DNA of 17,184 bases, taken from NCBI GenBank assembly GCA_044356215.1, contig JBIKWQ010000071.1, forward strand, positions 1 through 17,184, given 5' to 3'. Made by a program: the position numbers and the translations under genes. This document shows positions 15,374 to 17,184 of the stretch, in pieces. The first letter of the stretch is position 1, and each line of letters starts with the position of its first letter. The notes under the pieces are model-generated. The model saw nothing but the letters and a program-made list of their open reading frames with translations. It did no database searches and had not been told where the DNA came from. This DNA comes from Bdellovibrionota bacterium. Lineage in GTDB: Bacteria; Bdellovibrionota_C; UBA2361; OMII01.

Positions 15374-16510
15374 ATGTCAGAAGCTAGCGTAGCCAGCGGT
15401 ACTGAATCAGCGGTGGAGTCGAGAGAGGTGACCAAGGGGTCGGCGCGGGTATTAGTGGCAGCTTCTGGAAGCGGTGGGCATTTAATCCCGGCGTTGCACA
15501 TCATGCGAGGTGTAAAATCGCTTGAGCCAACGGCGATAGTTGAATTTGTCGGAGCGGGAAGGCCCTTAGAGGAGAAGATTATCATCGGGGCAGGATTTAC
15601 TAGGCACGTCGTAGCCGCGGCGGGTGTAAAGGGAAAGGGGCCAATAGCTCTGATTAAGTTGGCCTTTGTTCTCCCTAAAGGGTTTTTGCAGTGCGTGAAG
15701 CTTTTTCGCCGCTTTAAGCCAGATGTTGTCGTTGGTGTAGGTGGTTATGTTTCGGTGCTGCCAGTAGTTGTGGCAAAACTAATGGGGATACCGACCTGGG
15801 CCCATGAGGCTGAGCTGCATCCAGGATTGGCTAACAGGTTTCTCGGATATTTCGCGAAGACTATATCGACGGCGTTCGCTGAAACAAAGATTAAAGGGGG
15901 AGCCAATCTATTTTTTACTGGGCACCCCGTTAGGCCAGAGTTAAGAGGGGTCGAGCCGAATCCGGAGGGCCGCGAGCTCCCCACAAGACTCTTGGTTTTA
16001 GGAGGCTCCCAGGGGGCCCGCAGTTTGGATAACGCGGTGACGGGCCTCGGAGAGCTGCTGCATGAGCGAGGGATTGAGGTAGTTCATCAGTGTCGGCCTG
16101 ACAATTCAGAATTGGTAATTAACGCCTACCGCGCCGCTAAGGTAAAGGCTTCCGTAGTTCCGTTTATCGATGATATGGCCGGAGCTTACCAGTGGTGCGA
16201 TCTAATCATTAGTCGTTCAGGAGCAGGTTCTGTAGCGGAGATAGGCTGCGTTAATCGGCCGACTATATTTGTCCCTTATCCCTTTCAACAGGGGACTCAT
16301 CAGAGCGACAACGCGCAGACACTGGCAAAAATTCATAAAGCTATCGTGGTAGAGGAGACGGCCCCTGAGTTTCCTCGGAGATTAAAAGAGGCTCTTTTAG
16401 AGCTTCTAAAGCCGGATGTTTTTCAAGCCATGAAAAAAGCGCCGTCTGACCCAAAAGCGCTTGATGCGGCGGAGGTGATCGCCCGAGGAATTCTGGAGCT
16501 TAGAGAGTAA
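15374..16510 (+). CDS. murG: Lipid I N-acetylglucosaminyltransferase MurG
   Basis: GSGGHLIPA, GVGGYVS, HE...PGLANR, GGSQGA, FIDDM..AY, SRSGAGSVAE and PYP....HQ..NA. It follows ftsW. Confidence 0.92.
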   Translation: MSEASVASGTESAVESREVTKGSARVLVAASGSGGHLIPALHIMRGVKSLEPTAIVEFVGAGRPLEEKIIIGAGFTRHVVAAAGVKGKGPIALIKLAFVLPKGFLQCVKLFRRFKPDVVVGVGGYVSVLPVVVAKLMGIPTWAHEAELHPGLANRFLGYFAKTISTAFAETKIKGGANLFFTGHPVRPELRGVEPNPEGRELPTRLLVLGGSQGARSLDNAVTGLGELLHERGIEVVHQCRPDNSELVINAYRAAKVKASVVPFIDDMAGAYQWCDLIISRSGAGSVAEIGCVNRPTIFVPYPFQQGTHQSDNAQTLAKIHKAIVVEETAPEFPRRLKEALLELLKPDVFQAMKKAPSDPKALDAAEVIARGILELRE

Positions 16511-16531
16511 TTTCAGGCATATATACCTTCC

Positions 16532-16567
16532 GCACCGTTGTCCGCCCCTGCGGCATCAGAATCTATA
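16532..16567 (+). promoter_or_regulatory. Shared upstream motif, copy 2: GCACCG-N11-TGCGGCATCAGAATCTATA
   Basis: Near-identical to 9613-9648 and in the same orientation relative to the downstream gene. Confidence 0.6.
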
Positions 16568-16601
16568 AGGTCTAAGGAAACTCTTACCTTACGGAGGCGT
16601 T

Positions 16602-17000
16602 ATGAAAACAGCTACTACTCCTAAACAACCAACAGCGGGTACAGCACAGGCTGTGGTCAGTCAATCCCCGGTGGATTACATGACGAAGGCCGTAACAGCC
16701 CTTGGTTTGAATGGTTTAGGCGCTATCGCGGCCGTTATGACGAGGGACCCGGCGGTTGAGGTGCCGGACGAAAACGTATCTGTAGCTGGCCATCTTAAAG
16801 GGGCGTTTGCATTTGTTGATGCGTGTGAGGGTGACGAGAGAAAATGTGTATTTAACACTTGGGAAGGCGCCATTAGCTATGGATATACGGTTGCCGGGAC
16901 CTTGCGGGGCGGAAATGTCGTCGAGGATAACGGTGCCATAATTATCAAAGCCAGAAGCTCCGCGGGAGACAGAACTATCTCGATTGCTCCTATCGCTTGA
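16602..17000 (+). CDS. Hypothetical protein, 132 aa
   Basis: GGAGG at 16593-16597 before the ATG and a clean ORF. No family recognised. Confidence 0.7.
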   Translation: MKTATTPKQPTAGTAQAVVSQSPVDYMTKAVTALGLNGLGAIAAVMTRDPAVEVPDENVSVAGHLKGAFAFVDACEGDERKCVFNTWEGAISYGYTVAGTLRGGNVVEDNGAIIIKARSSAGDRTISIAPIA

Positions 17001-17061
17001 GGAATTTTTGACCTTTTTCAATAGATGACGCACACCGATATTCGGTGTATCATCCTAAAAA

Positions 17062-17184
17062 GAGCAGTTGCGGGTCTTAAAACGGCGCATCTGCTCAAAA
17101 TCACTTTGGCTTTTGAATTTTCGGTGCTCACCCTGACGGTGCCAGGGTTGCGCTCCGAAAAATTCAAAAATCCTGCGTGCTTTT
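17062..17184. repeat. Nested palindromic intergenic element (MITE/REP-like), truncated by the window end
   Basis: Paired arms: TTTTGAATTTTCGG (17111-17124) / CCGAAAAATTCAAAA (17155-17169); inner ACCCTG / CAGGGT; outer AAAATCAC (17097-17104) / GTGCTTTT (17177-17184). A separate stem pairs GAGCAGTTGCG (17062-17072) with CGCATCTGCTC (17086-17096). Confidence 0.7.

Noticed and set aside
1007..16873. Many short antisense or alternate-frame ORFs in the track (for example 2216-2596, 3297-3581, 12418-12783, 14992-15249)
   Set aside because: They are shadows of well-supported genes and have no independent motifs that I could recognise.

Overview
A bacterial chromosomal window of roughly 50% GC, mostly housekeeping genes and hypotheticals. 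It has no rRNA, tRNA, CRISPR array or transposase. From left to right: three small or exported hypothetical genes; an orphan BtuF/TroA-like binding protein with a small downstream gene; mccB-mccA (3-methylcrotonyl-CoA carboxylase, minus strand); an RMD1/DUF155-like gene and a GT87-like membrane glycosyltransferase; a conserved-looking 120-aa hypothetical; a minus-strand operon of alpha/beta hydrolase, membrane-anchored atypical MurF, atypical Ddl and yacG; a divergent ftsW-murG pair detached from the rest of the dcw cluster; a 132-aa hypothetical; and a palindromic MITE/REP-like element cut by the window end. The most notable observations are (1) the hydrolase-MurF-Ddl cassette facing a MurG with altered motifs, (2) a shared bipartite motif, GCACCG-N11-TGCGGCATCWGAATYTATA, upstream of two unrelated hypothetical genes, (3) a tandem palindromic repeat in the divergent mccB promoter region, and (4) several candidate leaderless promoters. 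All family assignments come from recognising motifs by eye; no database search was run.
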